A DNA stretch of 64,000 nt from an uncultured Actinomycetota bacterium (GCA_963760555.1 CAVXDJ010000017.1:90-64089), one strand, 5' to 3'. Counted from the first letter of the stretch, positions 10,216 through 20,635 are shown. Numbers and translations: made by a program. Notes: generated from the letters alone by a model not told the origin.

Positions 10216-10596
10216 ATGTCGACCGTTGTCGTGGGGTACGTGCCGAAGCCCGAGGGTGAGGCGGCGCTGGAGCGAGCCGTGCACGAGGCGACGCTGCGCG
10301 GAGCAGCGCTGCTGGTCGTGAACTCCGTCCGGCGCCGCGGTGACGAACCGGACTCCGACGACGTCCTCGCGCCCGTCCGGCGCCGACTGCAGGACACCGG
10401 GCTCGAGGTCGAGGTGCGAGGTGTCACGGGTGGGTTCGACGCCGCGGAGGACATCGTGGACGCTGCGAGCGCCGACGACCTGATCGTGATCGGCGTCCGC
10501 CGGCGCACGCCGCTCGGCAAGCTGATCCTCGGCTCCAGTGCGCAACGGATCCTCCTTGACGCGCCCTGCCCGGTCCTGACGGTCAAGCCCGGCTGA
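10216..10596 (+). CDS. Universal stress protein
   Basis: MSTVVVGYVPKPEG ... LIVIGVRRRTPLGKLILGSSAQRILLDAPCPVLTVK. Confidence 0.92.
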   Translation: MSTVVVGYVPKPEGEAALERAVHEATLRGAALLVVNSVRRRGDEPDSDDVLAPVRRRLQDTGLEVEVRGVTGGFDAAEDIVDAASADDLIVIGVRRRTPLGKLILGSSAQRILLDAPCPVLTVKPG

Positions 10597-10686
10597 CGCA
10601 CGACCCGAGCAGCGGGGGCTCGTCGCAGAGGTGGCGGGAGCCTCGGATGCGCGGCGGGGCCGCCCCTCGTGCTGGTCGGCGCCTGG

Positions 10687-11328
10687 TCAGGCGGTCTTGC
10701 CGAGCAGCCCCTCCATCGTCGCGATCTCGCGCTCCTGCGTCGTGACGACCTGCCGGGCGAGGTCCTCGGCGGGCTGGTGGACGCCGTCGGCGATCTCGGT
10801 GCGGGCCATCTCGATCGCGCCCTCGTGGTGGCCGAGCATCAGCTCCAGGAGCAGCTTCTCGTACGCCGGGCCACGGGCCCGCTCCAGGCTCGCCAGGTCG
10901 GGTGCGCTGACCATGCCCGGCATGTCACCCATCGCGTCGTCGGCGCTCGCACCGTCGCCGTGCGCGTTGGCGTGGTCGCGCACCGTCGCGGGGACGGGTT
11001 CGCCCCAGGACGTCAGCCACCCCGACATCGTCTCGATCTCCGGTGTCTGGTCGTCGCGGATCCCGTCCATGACCTCCTGCACCGCCGGGTCGAGCTCGCG
11101 ACCGAGTGTGGTGTCGACGAGGACGAGCGCCTGCGCGTGGTGCTGGATCATCTCGGTCGCGAACGCGACGTCGGCGGTGCCGACCACGTCGCCGTTGGGG
11201 GCGGTGCTGGTCACCTGGGTCGGGCCGGCGGACTCCTCGGACCCGCACCCGGTCAGAAGTCCGCCGAGGAGCAGGGTGGTGGCGACCAGGGCGGTGGCAC
11301 GACGGCCGGGCGTCCACCAGATGAGCAC
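10687..11328 (-). CDS. DUF305 (ferritin-like, CopM-like) lipoprotein
   Basis: Lipobox LTGC; duplicated MIQHHAQA / MLGHHEGAIEMA motifs and Q..EI..M. Confidence 0.88.
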   Translation of the reverse strand: MLIWWTPGRRATALVATTLLLGGLLTGCGSEESAGPTQVTSTAPNGDVVGTADVAFATEMIQHHAQALVLVDTTLGRELDPAVQEVMDGIRDDQTPEIETMSGWLTSWGEPVPATVRDHANAHGDGASADDAMGDMPGMVSAPDLASLERARGPAYEKLLLELMLGHHEGAIEMARTEIADGVHQPAEDLARQVVTTQEREIATMEGLLGKTA

Positions 11329-11365
11329 CGGCCCATCATGACCGAGCCGACCAAGCCCGACCGGG

Positions 11366-12580
11366 TCAGCCCTGCGACCGGCGCAGGAGGTGCACCCACG
11401 CCGCCAGGGCGGCCACCTGGAGCACCCCGACGACCCCGACGAGCAGGCCCCGGTGGTCGACGTACGTCGCTCCCGCGACGGCGCCGCCGCCCAGTGCGGC
11501 GACGCCCTGGAAGGCGGCGAAGACGCCGTAGGCCGTGGCGAGGCGCTCGGCGGGCACCAGGTCGGCCACCAGGGCCTTGACCGTCGAGTCCTGCACGCCG
11601 GTGGCCAGGCCCCAGGCGAGGATGCCGACGAGGGCGAGGCCGAGCGTCGGAGCGAAGCTGAGCAGCGGGACGACCGCCACGACCGGGGGCAGCGCCAGCA
11701 GCACGCGAGCCCCCACCTGGTCGTAGGCCCACCCGGTCGCCAGGGCCGCCACCGCCTCGACGGCCATCGCCCCGGCGTACACGACGGGGACCAGGGCCAG
11801 GCGCACCAGGCCCGCGTCGACGAGGTGGAAGGAGATGATGCCGAACGTCATCAGCCCGAACGTCGAGGCTGCGACCGCCGCGGCCACGAGGTAGAAACGG
11901 CGGGGCAGCCGCGTGGGCGATGGGGGCGTCGCCGTCGAACGACCTCCCGGTGCCTGGGCCATCGGGGCACGACGGCGCAGCTGCGCCAGCAGCACGAGCG
12001 ACACGACGCCCGGCACGGCCAGGACGGCGAAGCCCGGCCAGGTGAACCCGGTCCACAGCAGCATCCCCGCGACGACGAGCGGGCCGAGGAAGGCCCCCAC
12101 CTGGTCGAGCGCCTTGTGCACCGCGAACCCACGTCCGCGCCCCACCGGACGCGCCATGGCCGCCAGCAGGGCGGACTTCGCGGGACTGCGCACGGCCTTG
12201 CCGGTGCGTTCGAGCAGGACGAGCACCGCGGCCACCGCGAGTCCCGCGCCGCCCAGGAAGGGGGTCAGGGCGAGGAGCGGCACACAGAGCGCGGTCAGCG
12301 CGTAGCCGGCTGTCGTGAGCGTCCAGTAGCGACCGGTGCGGTCCGCGACCGGCCCCGCGACCAGCCGCAGCACCAGCGCCAGAGCCTCCCCCGCTCCGGT
12401 GAGGAGACCGACGAGCAGCGCGGAGGCTCCGAGGGTGGCCAGGAACGGGCCGGCCACCGAGCGCATCCCCTCGTAGACCATGTCGGCGCTGAGGCTGACC
12501 AGGCCGAAGGCCACGACGCTGCGCCACGGAGACCAGGCGCCCCGCTCGGCGGTCGCCCGGGAGGAGGTCGGCGTGGTCAC
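11366..12580 (-). CDS. MFS transporter
   Basis: About 12 hydrophobic segments; FGLVSLSADMVYEG and ERTGKAVRSPAK motifs. Confidence 0.88.
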   Translation of the reverse strand: MTTPTSSRATAERGAWSPWRSVVAFGLVSLSADMVYEGMRSVAGPFLATLGASALLVGLLTGAGEALALVLRLVAGPVADRTGRYWTLTTAGYALTALCVPLLALTPFLGGAGLAVAAVLVLLERTGKAVRSPAKSALLAAMARPVGRGRGFAVHKALDQVGAFLGPLVVAGMLLWTGFTWPGFAVLAVPGVVSLVLLAQLRRRAPMAQAPGGRSTATPPSPTRLPRRFYLVAAAVAASTFGLMTFGIISFHLVDAGLVRLALVPVVYAGAMAVEAVAALATGWAYDQVGARVLLALPPVVAVVPLLSFAPTLGLALVGILAWGLATGVQDSTVKALVADLVPAERLATAYGVFAAFQGVAALGGGAVAGATYVDHRGLLVGVVGVLQVAALAAWVHLLRRSQG

Positions 12581-12705
12581 GGGGCGATGGTGCCACCCCG
12601 GGCACGGTCGGTGGCCGGCCTCGTCGCGGCGGTGCGCTGGGCCGCCGCTGCCCCCGCTCGCACGCTCGGGGAACCGGGGCGGTGACCTCCTGGTTCAATG
12701 ACGAC

Positions 12706-13197
12706 ATGACGACCACGGCCCTGGGCGGCACGCCCGTCCACCTCAGCGGAGACCTCCCCTCGAAGGGCGCCGCCGCCCCCGACTTCCGACTCACCGGTGG
12801 TGACCTCGGTGACCTCGAGCGCAACCCCGAGCACGCCACCGTGCTCAACATCTTCCCCAGCGTGGACACCGGGGTGTGCGCGGCCAGCGTCCGTCAGTTC
12901 AACCAGCTCGCCTCCGACCTCCCCGGGGTCGACGTGGTCTGTGTCAGCGCCGACCTGCCGTTCGCCCAGCAGCGCTTCTGCGGGGCCGAGGGCATCGACC
13001 AGGTGCTGATGGGGTCGACCTTCCGCTCCGACTTCGGCTCCGACTTCGGGGTCACCATGGTCGACGGAGCCTTCCGGGGGCTGCTCGCGCGCGCGGTGGT
13101 GGTCATCGACCGCGACGGCAGCGTGCTGCACACCCAGCTCGTCGAGGAGATCGGGGTCGAGCCCGACTACGACGCCGTGCTGCGCGCCCTGGGCTGA
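12706..13197 (+). CDS. tpx: Thiol peroxidase (atypical 2-Cys peroxiredoxin)
   Basis: LNIFPSVDTGVCA, SADLPFAQQRFC, LLARAVVV and EPDYD motifs. Confidence 0.95.
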   Translation: MTTTALGGTPVHLSGDLPSKGAAAPDFRLTGGDLGDLERNPEHATVLNIFPSVDTGVCAASVRQFNQLASDLPGVDVVCVSADLPFAQQRFCGAEGIDQVLMGSTFRSDFGSDFGVTMVDGAFRGLLARAVVVIDRDGSVLHTQLVEEIGVEPDYDAVLRALG

Positions 13198-13203
13198 GTC
13201 ACG

Positions 13204-13710
13204 TCAGAGGACCTGCTCGCCGTACATCTCGCCGAGCGGGTCGCTGATGATCTCCATGCGGGCGCCGTCGGGGTCCAGGAAGTACGCCGAGACCTCGGAG
13301 TGGATGTCGTAGTCGACGCCGGCCTGGTCGAGGTTGGCCAGCAGACGCTCCCAGCGGCTCGGTTCCACCGAGATCGCCACGTGGTGCAGGCCGCCGCGGA
13401 CCTCGCGCGCCTCGTCGAGACCGAGGCCGGGGAAGTCGAAGAAGGCCAACGTGTTGCCGTTGCCGATGTCGAAGAAGAAGTGCGTCGACCCGGGGTAGTC
13501 GCGGTTCTCCATCATCTCGGTGAGCGGGAACTCCAGCACGTCCTGGTAGAAGCGGATCGTGCGCTCCACGTCACCGGAGATCAACGCCGTGTGGTGCGTG
13601 CCGCGTCCGGCCGAGGCGGGGCGGCTCTCGGCGGGACGCAGGTGCTGAGCGGCGATCTCGTCGCGGCGGCGGTGCAGCTGCGCGACGTCGTTGTCGGCGA
13701 GCTCGGCCAT
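13204..13710 (-). CDS. VOC/glyoxalase family protein
   Basis: GTHHTALI..DVERTIRFYQDVL, GLHHVAI and SAYFLDPDGARME; GGAGG RBS before ATG 13710. Confidence 0.88.
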   Translation of the reverse strand: MAELADNDVAQLHRRRDEIAAQHLRPAESRPASAGRGTHHTALISGDVERTIRFYQDVLEFPLTEMMENRDYPGSTHFFFDIGNGNTLAFFDFPGLGLDEAREVRGGLHHVAISVEPSRWERLLANLDQAGVDYDIHSEVSAYFLDPDGARMEIISDPLGEMYGEQVL

Positions 13711-13825
13711 GGGGGACCTCCAGGCGGTGTGGTCGGGCGGTGCGATCATCCTAGGACGCACCTCCGGGTGCGCTCGTCCTGGCGTCACGGCGCGGTGCCG
13801 ACCCGGGCTGTGGCGTGGCGGCGCG

Positions 13826-15478
13826 TCAGCAGCCGCTGCGGTAGGTGCCGCGCTGGAGCCGGTGACCGTTTCGCGGACTGGAGCCGTTCTCCGGGGTCCA
13901 GGCGCGGATCCAGTCGAAGATGACCTTGGTGTGGTTCATCTCCTTCTGCTGGACCCCGACCATGGACACGCGCGGGGTCATCGCCACGCCCGAGACCGCG
14001 TCGCGACTGCGTACCGTCGCGATGATCCGGCCGTCGAGGAACCACGAGATGTGGCGGTGGGTGATCTCGACCGCGACGTTGTGGGCGTCGTCGCCGAGGT
14101 GCACGCCGCCCTTGGTGTAGCTCCACGACCGACCACCCAGCGCCTTCACGCCGAGCGCGAGCCTGCTCGAGTGGTCCGAGATGTCGGCGACGGTGATGTT
14201 CTGCGCGCCGCAGCGGTAGTCCGAGGCGTTCTCGGGGACCAGCTCCATCCTGAGCCGGTAGTCGCGGGCCCGGTTCTCCAGCGTCCAGGAGCGGGTGCGG
14301 AACTCCCAGCGGCCGTAGGCCTGGGCGTTGCCGTGCAAGGTCGCGGTGACGTCGCCGTGGTCACCGGGACCGCCGGTGTTGCGGAAGGACGAGTCGAGCA
14401 TCAGGCCGGCGTTGAAGTGGCTCGCCCGGCCCGAGCCGGTCGAGGTGTCCTGCCAGCCGCCCTGGCGTCGGGAGCCGCGCCACGGTCCGCTCGAGAGCGA
14501 CTCGCCGCGCTCCCAGGCGAAGTCGAAGAGCTGCGGACGCCAGCCGTAGCGCTGGCTGGCGTTGGTCGACCCCTGGCTGCGCGCGGCCGGGGCCTGCATG
14601 GCCCTCGCGTCGACCGGCCCTGCCGTGGAGAGGTCGGGCAGGGTCATCGACCCGCCTCCGCCGGCGCGGGCTGCGGCGCCGGCGCGACCGACGACGAACT
14701 CGGCGGGGAACGAGGGGTGCCACCCGATCTCGTTGCCGTTGCTCGTCACGGCATCCTGACGGACCCGGTAGGCGTAGCGCCCGGCGGGCTCACGGACGGT
14801 GAACGAGGCCTGGCCCGCACCGTTCGTGCTGCCGGTGCGGATGGTCCTCCAGGTGCCGCCGTCGACCCGCTTCTGCAGCGCGACCTCGCGGCCCGGGAAG
14901 GCGGGCGGTGGCAGGTCGGGGCGACCGCCGGCCTCCGGCGTGGTGTCGACGGTGACGGAGAAGTCGCGTCCGGCCACGGGTCGCGCCGGACTGAACCTCA
15001 TGACCGACTCCTGGGAGCGGGCCAGGAACCGGTGGGCCGGGGTCGTGCGTGCTCCGGAGAACACCCGGAACCGGATGTTGAAGTTCGCGGGCGCCGGGTA
15101 GGTGAACCGGAAGGATCCGTCGGGGTCGGTCCGGGACCGGAAGCCCGCGACGCGGGTCCAGGTGTCACCGGGTCGGCCCATGTGGAACTGCATCCCGAGC
15201 CTCTGGCGGCCGCGACCGCCGACGGTGCCCGCGAACGTGAGCCGTTGACCGCCGACGTAGACGCGCGGCGAGACCGTCAGCCGGGTGCGGGTGCGGGTGC
15301 GGGCAGCAGGGGCAGCCGGGGACGCCCCGAGAGCGACGGGTGCGCCCGTCCCGACCGCCGGACCGGCCTGGGCGGGGGTCGGCAGGGAGGTGACGAGCAG
15401 CGCGGCGAGCAGGACGAGCGCGCCGAGCGGTCCGGTCGCCGGGCGTGCGTGGAGGACTGGGGGGTGGGGGGTCGACAT
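13826..15478 (-). CDS. Secreted protein: Ig-like N-terminal modules plus ConA/GH16-like C-terminal domain
   Basis: Signal peptide ending PAQA; C-terminal YGRWEFR, HNVAVEIT..HISWFLDG and FDWIRAW motifs typical of a GH16-like fold; no ExDxxE motif. Confidence 0.65.
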   Translation of the reverse strand: MSTPHPPVLHARPATGPLGALVLLAALLVTSLPTPAQAGPAVGTGAPVALGASPAAPAARTRTRTRLTVSPRVYVGGQRLTFAGTVGGRGRQRLGMQFHMGRPGDTWTRVAGFRSRTDPDGSFRFTYPAPANFNIRFRVFSGARTTPAHRFLARSQESVMRFSPARPVAGRDFSVTVDTTPEAGGRPDLPPPAFPGREVALQKRVDGGTWRTIRTGSTNGAGQASFTVREPAGRYAYRVRQDAVTSNGNEIGWHPSFPAEFVVGRAGAAARAGGGGSMTLPDLSTAGPVDARAMQAPAARSQGSTNASQRYGWRPQLFDFAWERGESLSSGPWRGSRRQGGWQDTSTGSGRASHFNAGLMLDSSFRNTGGPGDHGDVTATLHGNAQAYGRWEFRTRSWTLENRARDYRLRMELVPENASDYRCGAQNITVADISDHSSRLALGVKALGGRSWSYTKGGVHLGDDAHNVAVEITHRHISWFLDGRIIATVRSRDAVSGVAMTPRVSMVGVQQKEMNHTKVIFDWIRAWTPENGSSPRNGHRLQRGTYRSGC

Positions 15479-15571
15479 CTTCGTCCTTCGGGTCGGTGTC
15501 GATAGCGAGCACGACTGTGCCACGGGGGAGTGTCCGACGCCGAACTATCGCCGACCTCGTAGCCTCGCGTC

Positions 15572-16675
15572 GTGACGTCGACCGCCCCGGACCGGCTGCT
15601 GCTGGTCGGGGCCGGGCACGCGCACCTCGAGCTGCTGCGACGCGGGGAGGAGCTGCGCCGGGGTGGCTACGACGTGAGCCTGCTCGCGCCGCCGGTCTTC
15701 CGTTACAGCGCAATGGCCTCCGCCGTGGCCACGGGTGCGGTGGCCACGGAGCGTGCCTGCATCGACGTCGGCTCGCTCGCACGACGAGGCGGCGTGCGCC
15801 ATGTCGTCGGCGAGGTCGCGGCGCTGGACCTGCCGGCCGGACGGGCCCGCAGCGCGGACGGCGAGGTGGTCGACTTCGACGTCATCTCCCTCAACGTGGG
15901 CAGCTCGGTCGCCGCCACCACGATGGAGGTCGACGAGGCGGTCCTGAGGGCCAAGCCGCTGGTCGGCCTCCACGAGCTCGCTGCACGACTCGCCGAGGTG
16001 TCGACGGGGTCGCGCCTCGTCACGGTCGTCGGGGGCGGGTCGAGCGGGCTGGAGCTGGCCGCCCACCTCGCGGTGCACCCGGCGGTCGCTCTGGTACGCG
16101 TCCTCGAGGCGCGTGCGACGATCGGTGCCGACCTGCCCTCGGGTGCGCGGCGGCGGGTGCAGCGGGTCCTCGAGCGCCGGGGCGTCGAGGTGCGCACGGA
16201 CGTCCGGGTGCACCGGCTCGCCGCGGACCGCGCCGAGCTCGACGACGGCACCGAGGTCGCGCACGACCTCGCTGTGCTGGCCACCGGACTGGTGGCCGCA
16301 CCGATCGTCCGTGAGCTCGGGCTCGCCACCGAGGACGAGGACGGCGTCCCGGTGCGGGCGACGCTCCAGCACCGCGATCACGACCACGTGTACGCCGCCG
16401 GCGACTGCGCCCTGTTCCTGCCCGGCCCGCTGCCGCGCGTGGGCGTGCACGGCGTACGGCAGGCGCCGGTGCTGCTGGCCAGCCTGCTGGCCAGGCGGCG
16501 GCGGGACGCGCTGCCGGTCTACGACCCGCAGCGCCGCGCGCTGTCCGTGCTCGACCTCGGGGGCGGACACGGCCTCGCGGTGCGCGGCGGGCTGTGGTGG
16601 CACGGACGGAGCGCCCACCGACTCAAGCGTCGCATCGACGAACGGTGGCTGCGCCGCTACCGCGAGGACGCCTGA
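15572..16675 (+). CDS. FAD-dependent pyridine nucleotide-disulfide oxidoreductase (Ndh/AIF-like)
   Basis: LLLVGAGHAH, VVGGGSSGLELA and VYAAGDCA motifs. Confidence 0.85.
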   Translation: MTSTAPDRLLLVGAGHAHLELLRRGEELRRGGYDVSLLAPPVFRYSAMASAVATGAVATERACIDVGSLARRGGVRHVVGEVAALDLPAGRARSADGEVVDFDVISLNVGSSVAATTMEVDEAVLRAKPLVGLHELAARLAEVSTGSRLVTVVGGGSSGLELAAHLAVHPAVALVRVLEARATIGADLPSGARRRVQRVLERRGVEVRTDVRVHRLAADRAELDDGTEVAHDLAVLATGLVAAPIVRELGLATEDEDGVPVRATLQHRDHDHVYAAGDCALFLPGPLPRVGVHGVRQAPVLLASLLARRRRDALPVYDPQRRALSVLDLGGGHGLAVRGGLWWHGRSAHRLKRRIDERWLRRYREDA

Positions 16676-16718
16676 GGCCTGCAGCGGCCCCGGCGGAGGG
16701 TGCGCGATGATGGGCGTC

Positions 16719-17291
16719 ATGTCCTTGCACATCACCGGCGACGACGCCGCCGACCAGGTGCTCACCGACGACCCGTTCGCGCTGCTGGCCGGGATGCTGC
16801 TGGACCAGCAGTACCCGATGGAGCACGCCTTCCGGGGTCCGGCGAAGCTGGTCGAGCGCCTCGGCACGCTCGACCCCGCGACGATCGCCGCCATGGATCC
16901 CGACGAGTTCGCCACCGCGTGCTCGACGACGCCGGCGGTGCACCGCTTCCCGGGCTCGATGGCCACGCGTCTGCAGGAGCTCGCGCGCATCGTCACCGAG
17001 GACTACGGCGGACGCGCCGAGCGGATCTGGACCGACGCGGGCTCGGGGACCGACCTGGTGGGGCGGGTCCAGGCGCTGCCCGGGTTCGGAGCACAGAAGG
17101 CGAAGATCTTCACCGCGCTGCTGGCCAAGCAGCTCGGCGTACGCCCCGACGGCTGGGAGGCCGCCGTGGGCGACTACGCCCTCGACGGTCACCGCTCGGT
17201 GGCCGACGTGACCGGTCCCACGTCCCTGCAGCAGGTGAGGGACTTCAAGAAGCAGCAGAAGGCCAGGACCAGGGCGGCTCGCGGCCAGTGA
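16719..17291 (+). CDS. HhH-GPD-type base-excision repair protein
   Basis: DPFALLAGMLLDQQ, HRFPGSMA and LPGFGAQKAKIF (HhH). Confidence 0.88.
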   Translation: MSLHITGDDAADQVLTDDPFALLAGMLLDQQYPMEHAFRGPAKLVERLGTLDPATIAAMDPDEFATACSTTPAVHRFPGSMATRLQELARIVTEDYGGRAERIWTDAGSGTDLVGRVQALPGFGAQKAKIFTALLAKQLGVRPDGWEAAVGDYALDGHRSVADVTGPTSLQQVRDFKKQQKARTRAARGQ

Positions 17292-17451
17292 TCCGGCCGT
17301 CCGCAGCGCCGCGGACCGACCCGGCGTGGTGCTCGCGACTTCGTCGTCGTGGCATGATGAACCACGGCGGCTCTTGACGACACCGGCCTTTGGTGCGCCC
17401 CCGAGTCGATTCCGCCCGTGTTCTCAGCCGTGACAACCAGCAAGACGAGAG

Positions 17452-18969
17452 GTGTTCGTGTCCGCGACCACACGCAAGATCCCCGCTGAGGTGCTGGCCC
17501 ACCCGGCAGTCACCACCCTGGTCGAGCAGGCCTCCGCCGACGGACAGGTCACCCCCGACCAGGTGCGCCGTGCGAGCGACGAGGCGCAGGTCGAGCCGCA
17601 GCACCTGAAGTCGCTGATGGCGCACCTCAGCGGCCTCGGGATCAGCGTCGCACTGCCCGTCGAGACCCGCGTGGCCGCGGCGACCAGCACGCGCAAGCCG
17701 ACCACGGCGACCGCGAAGAAGGCCGCACCGGCCAAGAAGGCCGCCGCCAAGAAGGCACCGGCGAAGAAGGCCGCACCGGCGAAGAAGGCCGCCCCTGCCG
17801 CACCGCTCACCAAGGGCGAGGCCACCACCTCGGGCGTCGGGGTCGTCGACCTCGCCGCAGCCGAGGTCGCCGCCGACGGTGCGGCCCCCGCGGTCGTCGG
17901 CCCGGACGGGAAGAAGGTGCTGCCCGATCTGCCCGACGAGCAGTTCGAGGCCGACGTCAAGGTCGACCCCACCATCAAGGAGGACGAGAAGCAGGCCTCC
18001 TTCGTCGTCTCGGCGGCCGACGACACCGACGAGCCCGAGCAGCAGGTCATGGTCGCGGGTGCGACCGCAGACCCGGTCAAGGACTACCTCAAGCAGATCG
18101 GCAAGGTCCCGCTCCTCAACGCCGAGATGGAGGTCGAGCTGGCCAAGCGCATCGAGGCCGGCCTGTTCTCCGCCGAGAAGCTGGCCAAGGGTGGTCGCAT
18201 CAGTGCCAAGGTGCACGAGGAGCTGGAGTGGATCGACGCCGACGGGCGTCGGGCCAAGAACCACCTGCTCGAGGCCAACCTGCGTCTCGTCGTGTCGCTG
18301 GCCAAGCGCTACACCGGTCGCGGCATGCTCTTCCTCGACCTGATCCAGGAGGGCAACCTCGGCCTGATCCGTGCGGTCGAGAAGTTCGACTACACCAAGG
18401 GCTACAAGTTCTCGACGTACGCCACGTGGTGGATCCGGCAGGCCATCACCCGCGCCATGGCTGACCAGGCCCGCACCATCCGGATCCCCGTGCACATGGT
18501 CGAGGTCATCAACAAGCTCGCCCGGGTCCAGCGCCAGATGCTGCAGGACCTCGGTCGGGAGCCGACGCCCGAGGAGCTGGCCCTCGAGCTCGACATGACC
18601 CCCGAGAAGGTCATCGAGGTCCAGAAGTACGGTCGGGAGCCGATCTCGCTCCACACCCCGCTCGGTGAGGACGGCGACTCGGAGTTCGGCGACCTGATCG
18701 AGGACTCCGAGGCGATCGTGCCCGCCGACGCGGTGTCGTTCACCCTGCTCCAGGAGCAGCTGCACGCCGTGCTCGACACGCTCTCCGAGCGCGAGGCCGG
18801 CGTGGTCTCGATGCGCTTCGGGCTGACCGACGGCCAGCCCAAGACCCTCGACGAGATCGGCAAGGTCTACGGCGTGACCCGTGAGCGGATCCGCCAGATC
18901 GAGTCCAAGACGATGTCCAAGCTGCGCCACCCGAGCCGCTCGCAGGTCCTGCGCGACTACCTCGACTGA
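17452..18969 (+). CDS. sigA: Principal RNA polymerase sigma factor (SigA/HrdB/RpoD)
   Basis: MFVSATT N-terminus, Ala/Lys-rich linker, [20 protein letters not shown] and C-terminal [16 protein letters not shown]; start may instead be GTG 17458. Confidence 0.97.
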   Translation: MFVSATTRKIPAEVLAHPAVTTLVEQASADGQVTPDQVRRASDEAQVEPQHLKSLMAHLSGLGISVALPVETRVAAATSTRKPTTATAKKAAPAKKAAAKKAPAKKAAPAKKAAPAAPLTKGEATTSGVGVVDLAAAEVAADGAAPAVVGPDGKKVLPDLPDEQFEADVKVDPTIKEDEKQASFVVSAADDTDEPEQQVMVAGATADPVKDYLKQIGKVPLLNAEMEVELAKRIEAGLFSAEKLAKGGRISAKVHEELEWIDADGRRAKNHLLEANLRLVVSLAKRYTGRGMLFLDLIQEGNLGLIRAVEKFDYTKGYKFSTYATWWIRQAITRAMADQARTIRIPVHMVEVINKLARVQRQMLQDLGREPTPEELALELDMTPEKVIEVQKYGREPISLHTPLGEDGDSEFGDLIEDSEAIVPADAVSFTLLQEQLHAVLDTLSEREAGVVSMRFGLTDGQPKTLDEIGKVYGVTRERIRQIESKTMSKLRHPSRSQVLRDYLD

Positions 18970-20633
18970 GGTGGTCCGCGCTCCGGTCCTGTCGATGCAG
19001 GTCGGGCGGCGTGTCGAGATGTCCGGCTGACGTCGTGGAGCCGTTGGGCGAGGACGAGCTGCGCGCCATGCTCAAGGTGCGCGCGCCACTACCCCAGCGA
19101 TCCTCGGGCCTGGTTCTGCCCCGATCGGTGCGGTGGCGCCCCCTGTCGGGCCTGCGGTCCGGGCAATGTGCGAGTCACGTGCCGAGGCCGTAGGCATGGT
19201 CCGACGCGCGCTAGCTACATCGGACGATTGCCGCAGGACGGTCCGGCCGCTACGCTCATCGTTCCGGCCGCCAGGAGATGGCAGCCTTCAAGAGGTCACG
19301 AGGTCACGTGAACAAGTGGGGCACGTCCCGGCGATGGGGCGCCGTTGTCGCAACGATGCTGGTGCTTGCCTCGGTTCCTGTGGCGGCGGCGTCTGCCTCC
19401 TACGACGGCACCATCGCCTACAGCAGCAAGGCCGCTCCTGAGGCCAAGGAGCTGTCTGGTCTGGTTGCTTCGCCGACCTATCCGAACTGGTACTGGGCCC
19501 AGAGCGACATCTGGAAGAGCACGGACACCTTCTCGGCGTGCGCCGGCCTGGTCGAGACCGAGCTGCGCGACTGTCGGCAGATCCAGCGGGCAAGGCTGTG
19601 GGCGCTTCGTCTGGACCCGGTGACCCACGAGGTGAAAGAGGTGCGCAGCTTCGCCCTGGCCGACCCGAGCTGGGCCCTGGATCCCCATCTCGCGCAGAAC
19701 AATGACTGGGAGGAGCTGGTCCTGGGGCCGGTGCGGACCTCGCAGGACGGCACCACGAGCCAGAACCTGATCCTCGCGGCCACTGGCTACGCAGTGCAGA
19801 ACCGGGTGATCGACGCGGACGGACGCGACATCACGTGTGACACCCGGCGCCTGCTGGAGCTGGACGAGCCGAATCTGGCGGACCCCACCGCAGCCACGTG
19901 GTCGCCCTGGAAGATCTACGACCTCAAGAACTACGTGGGGACGAACCGCATCAGCCAGTGCAACATCGAGGCTGTGGTCACCGCCGAGGACGTCTCGGGC
20001 ACCCCCCAGGCCTACATGGTGACCAAGGGGGGCCAGAAGATCCTCCGCCGCAGCCTCGAGGTCTCCACTGGCCGCGACCCCGACCAGGCGTACGTCGCTC
20101 CCGGCACCGGTGAGCCTTACGACCCGAGCGTTGCCTACGTGGGCGTGGTGAAGGGTGCCGCCAAGCTCACGATCACTGCTGCCGCGAGCAATGGCACCGA
20201 TGTGGCGCTGCAGGTGCCGAAGACCCGCACGAGACCGTGCCAGGTGCTTCACTGGCAGATCGGTTCCGACGGTCTTGTCTCGACGCTCACCACGACCGCG
20301 CCGACCGTGGCGCCGATCTCCTGCACGCTTGGCGAGGGTCTGACCTACATCCGCGACCCGCAGGACATATCAGTCTTCACGAGGGACCTGATGCTGATGG
20401 CCGACACCGGCAGCAGCTCCCGCATCATGAGGTACTGGTACCTTCCCTGGACCCCCTGAGTGGAGCCATGACGGGACGCGGTGGCGTTCGGACGGGCGTG
20501 GCGTGGCGCTGGTGCGCCGATGGCCGAGGTGCCCGGGACGTCGTCGCACCCCACAGCGCTCCTGACCTGCACGGTCAGACTGCCCTCATGCGCAGCGTCC
20601 AGCCGTCCCTCGTGCGCGACTACCTGGACTGAG
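18950..20633. mobile_element. Genomic islet at the sigA 3' end, bounded by 21-bp direct repeats (att-like)
   Basis: TGCGCGACTACCTCGACTGAG (18950-18970) vs TGCGCGACTACCTGGACTGAG (20613-20633), 20/21 identical; interior visibly more A/T-rich. Confidence 0.75.
19278..20459 (+). CDS. Secreted protein, probable beta-propeller (phytase/SdiA-regulated-like)
   Basis: Signal peptide ending VAAASA; ELSGLVAS..YWAQSD, DWEELVLGP, NIEAV and GEGLTY resemble the ESSGL/DWED/DAEA/GEAI motifs; start may be GTG 19308. Confidence 0.6.
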   Translation: MAAFKRSRGHVNKWGTSRRWGAVVATMLVLASVPVAAASASYDGTIAYSSKAAPEAKELSGLVASPTYPNWYWAQSDIWKSTDTFSACAGLVETELRDCRQIQRARLWALRLDPVTHEVKEVRSFALADPSWALDPHLAQNNDWEELVLGPVRTSQDGTTSQNLILAATGYAVQNRVIDADGRDITCDTRRLLELDEPNLADPTAATWSPWKIYDLKNYVGTNRISQCNIEAVVTAEDVSGTPQAYMVTKGGQKILRRSLEVSTGRDPDQAYVAPGTGEPYDPSVAYVGVVKGAAKLTITAAASNGTDVALQVPKTRTRPCQVLHWQIGSDGLVSTLTTTAPTVAPISCTLGEGLTYIRDPQDISVFTRDLMLMADTGSSSRIMRYWYLPWTP

Positions 20634-20635
20634 TC

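Noticed and set aside
17710-17800. AAGAAGGCC-type repeats
   Set aside because: They encode the ordinary AKKAAP low-complexity linker of actinobacterial SigA
1610-18450. Long-range inverted similarity between ~1610-1730 and ~18335-18450
   Set aside because: Explained by the conserved region 2 of two paralogous sigma-70 genes on opposite strands, not by element ends
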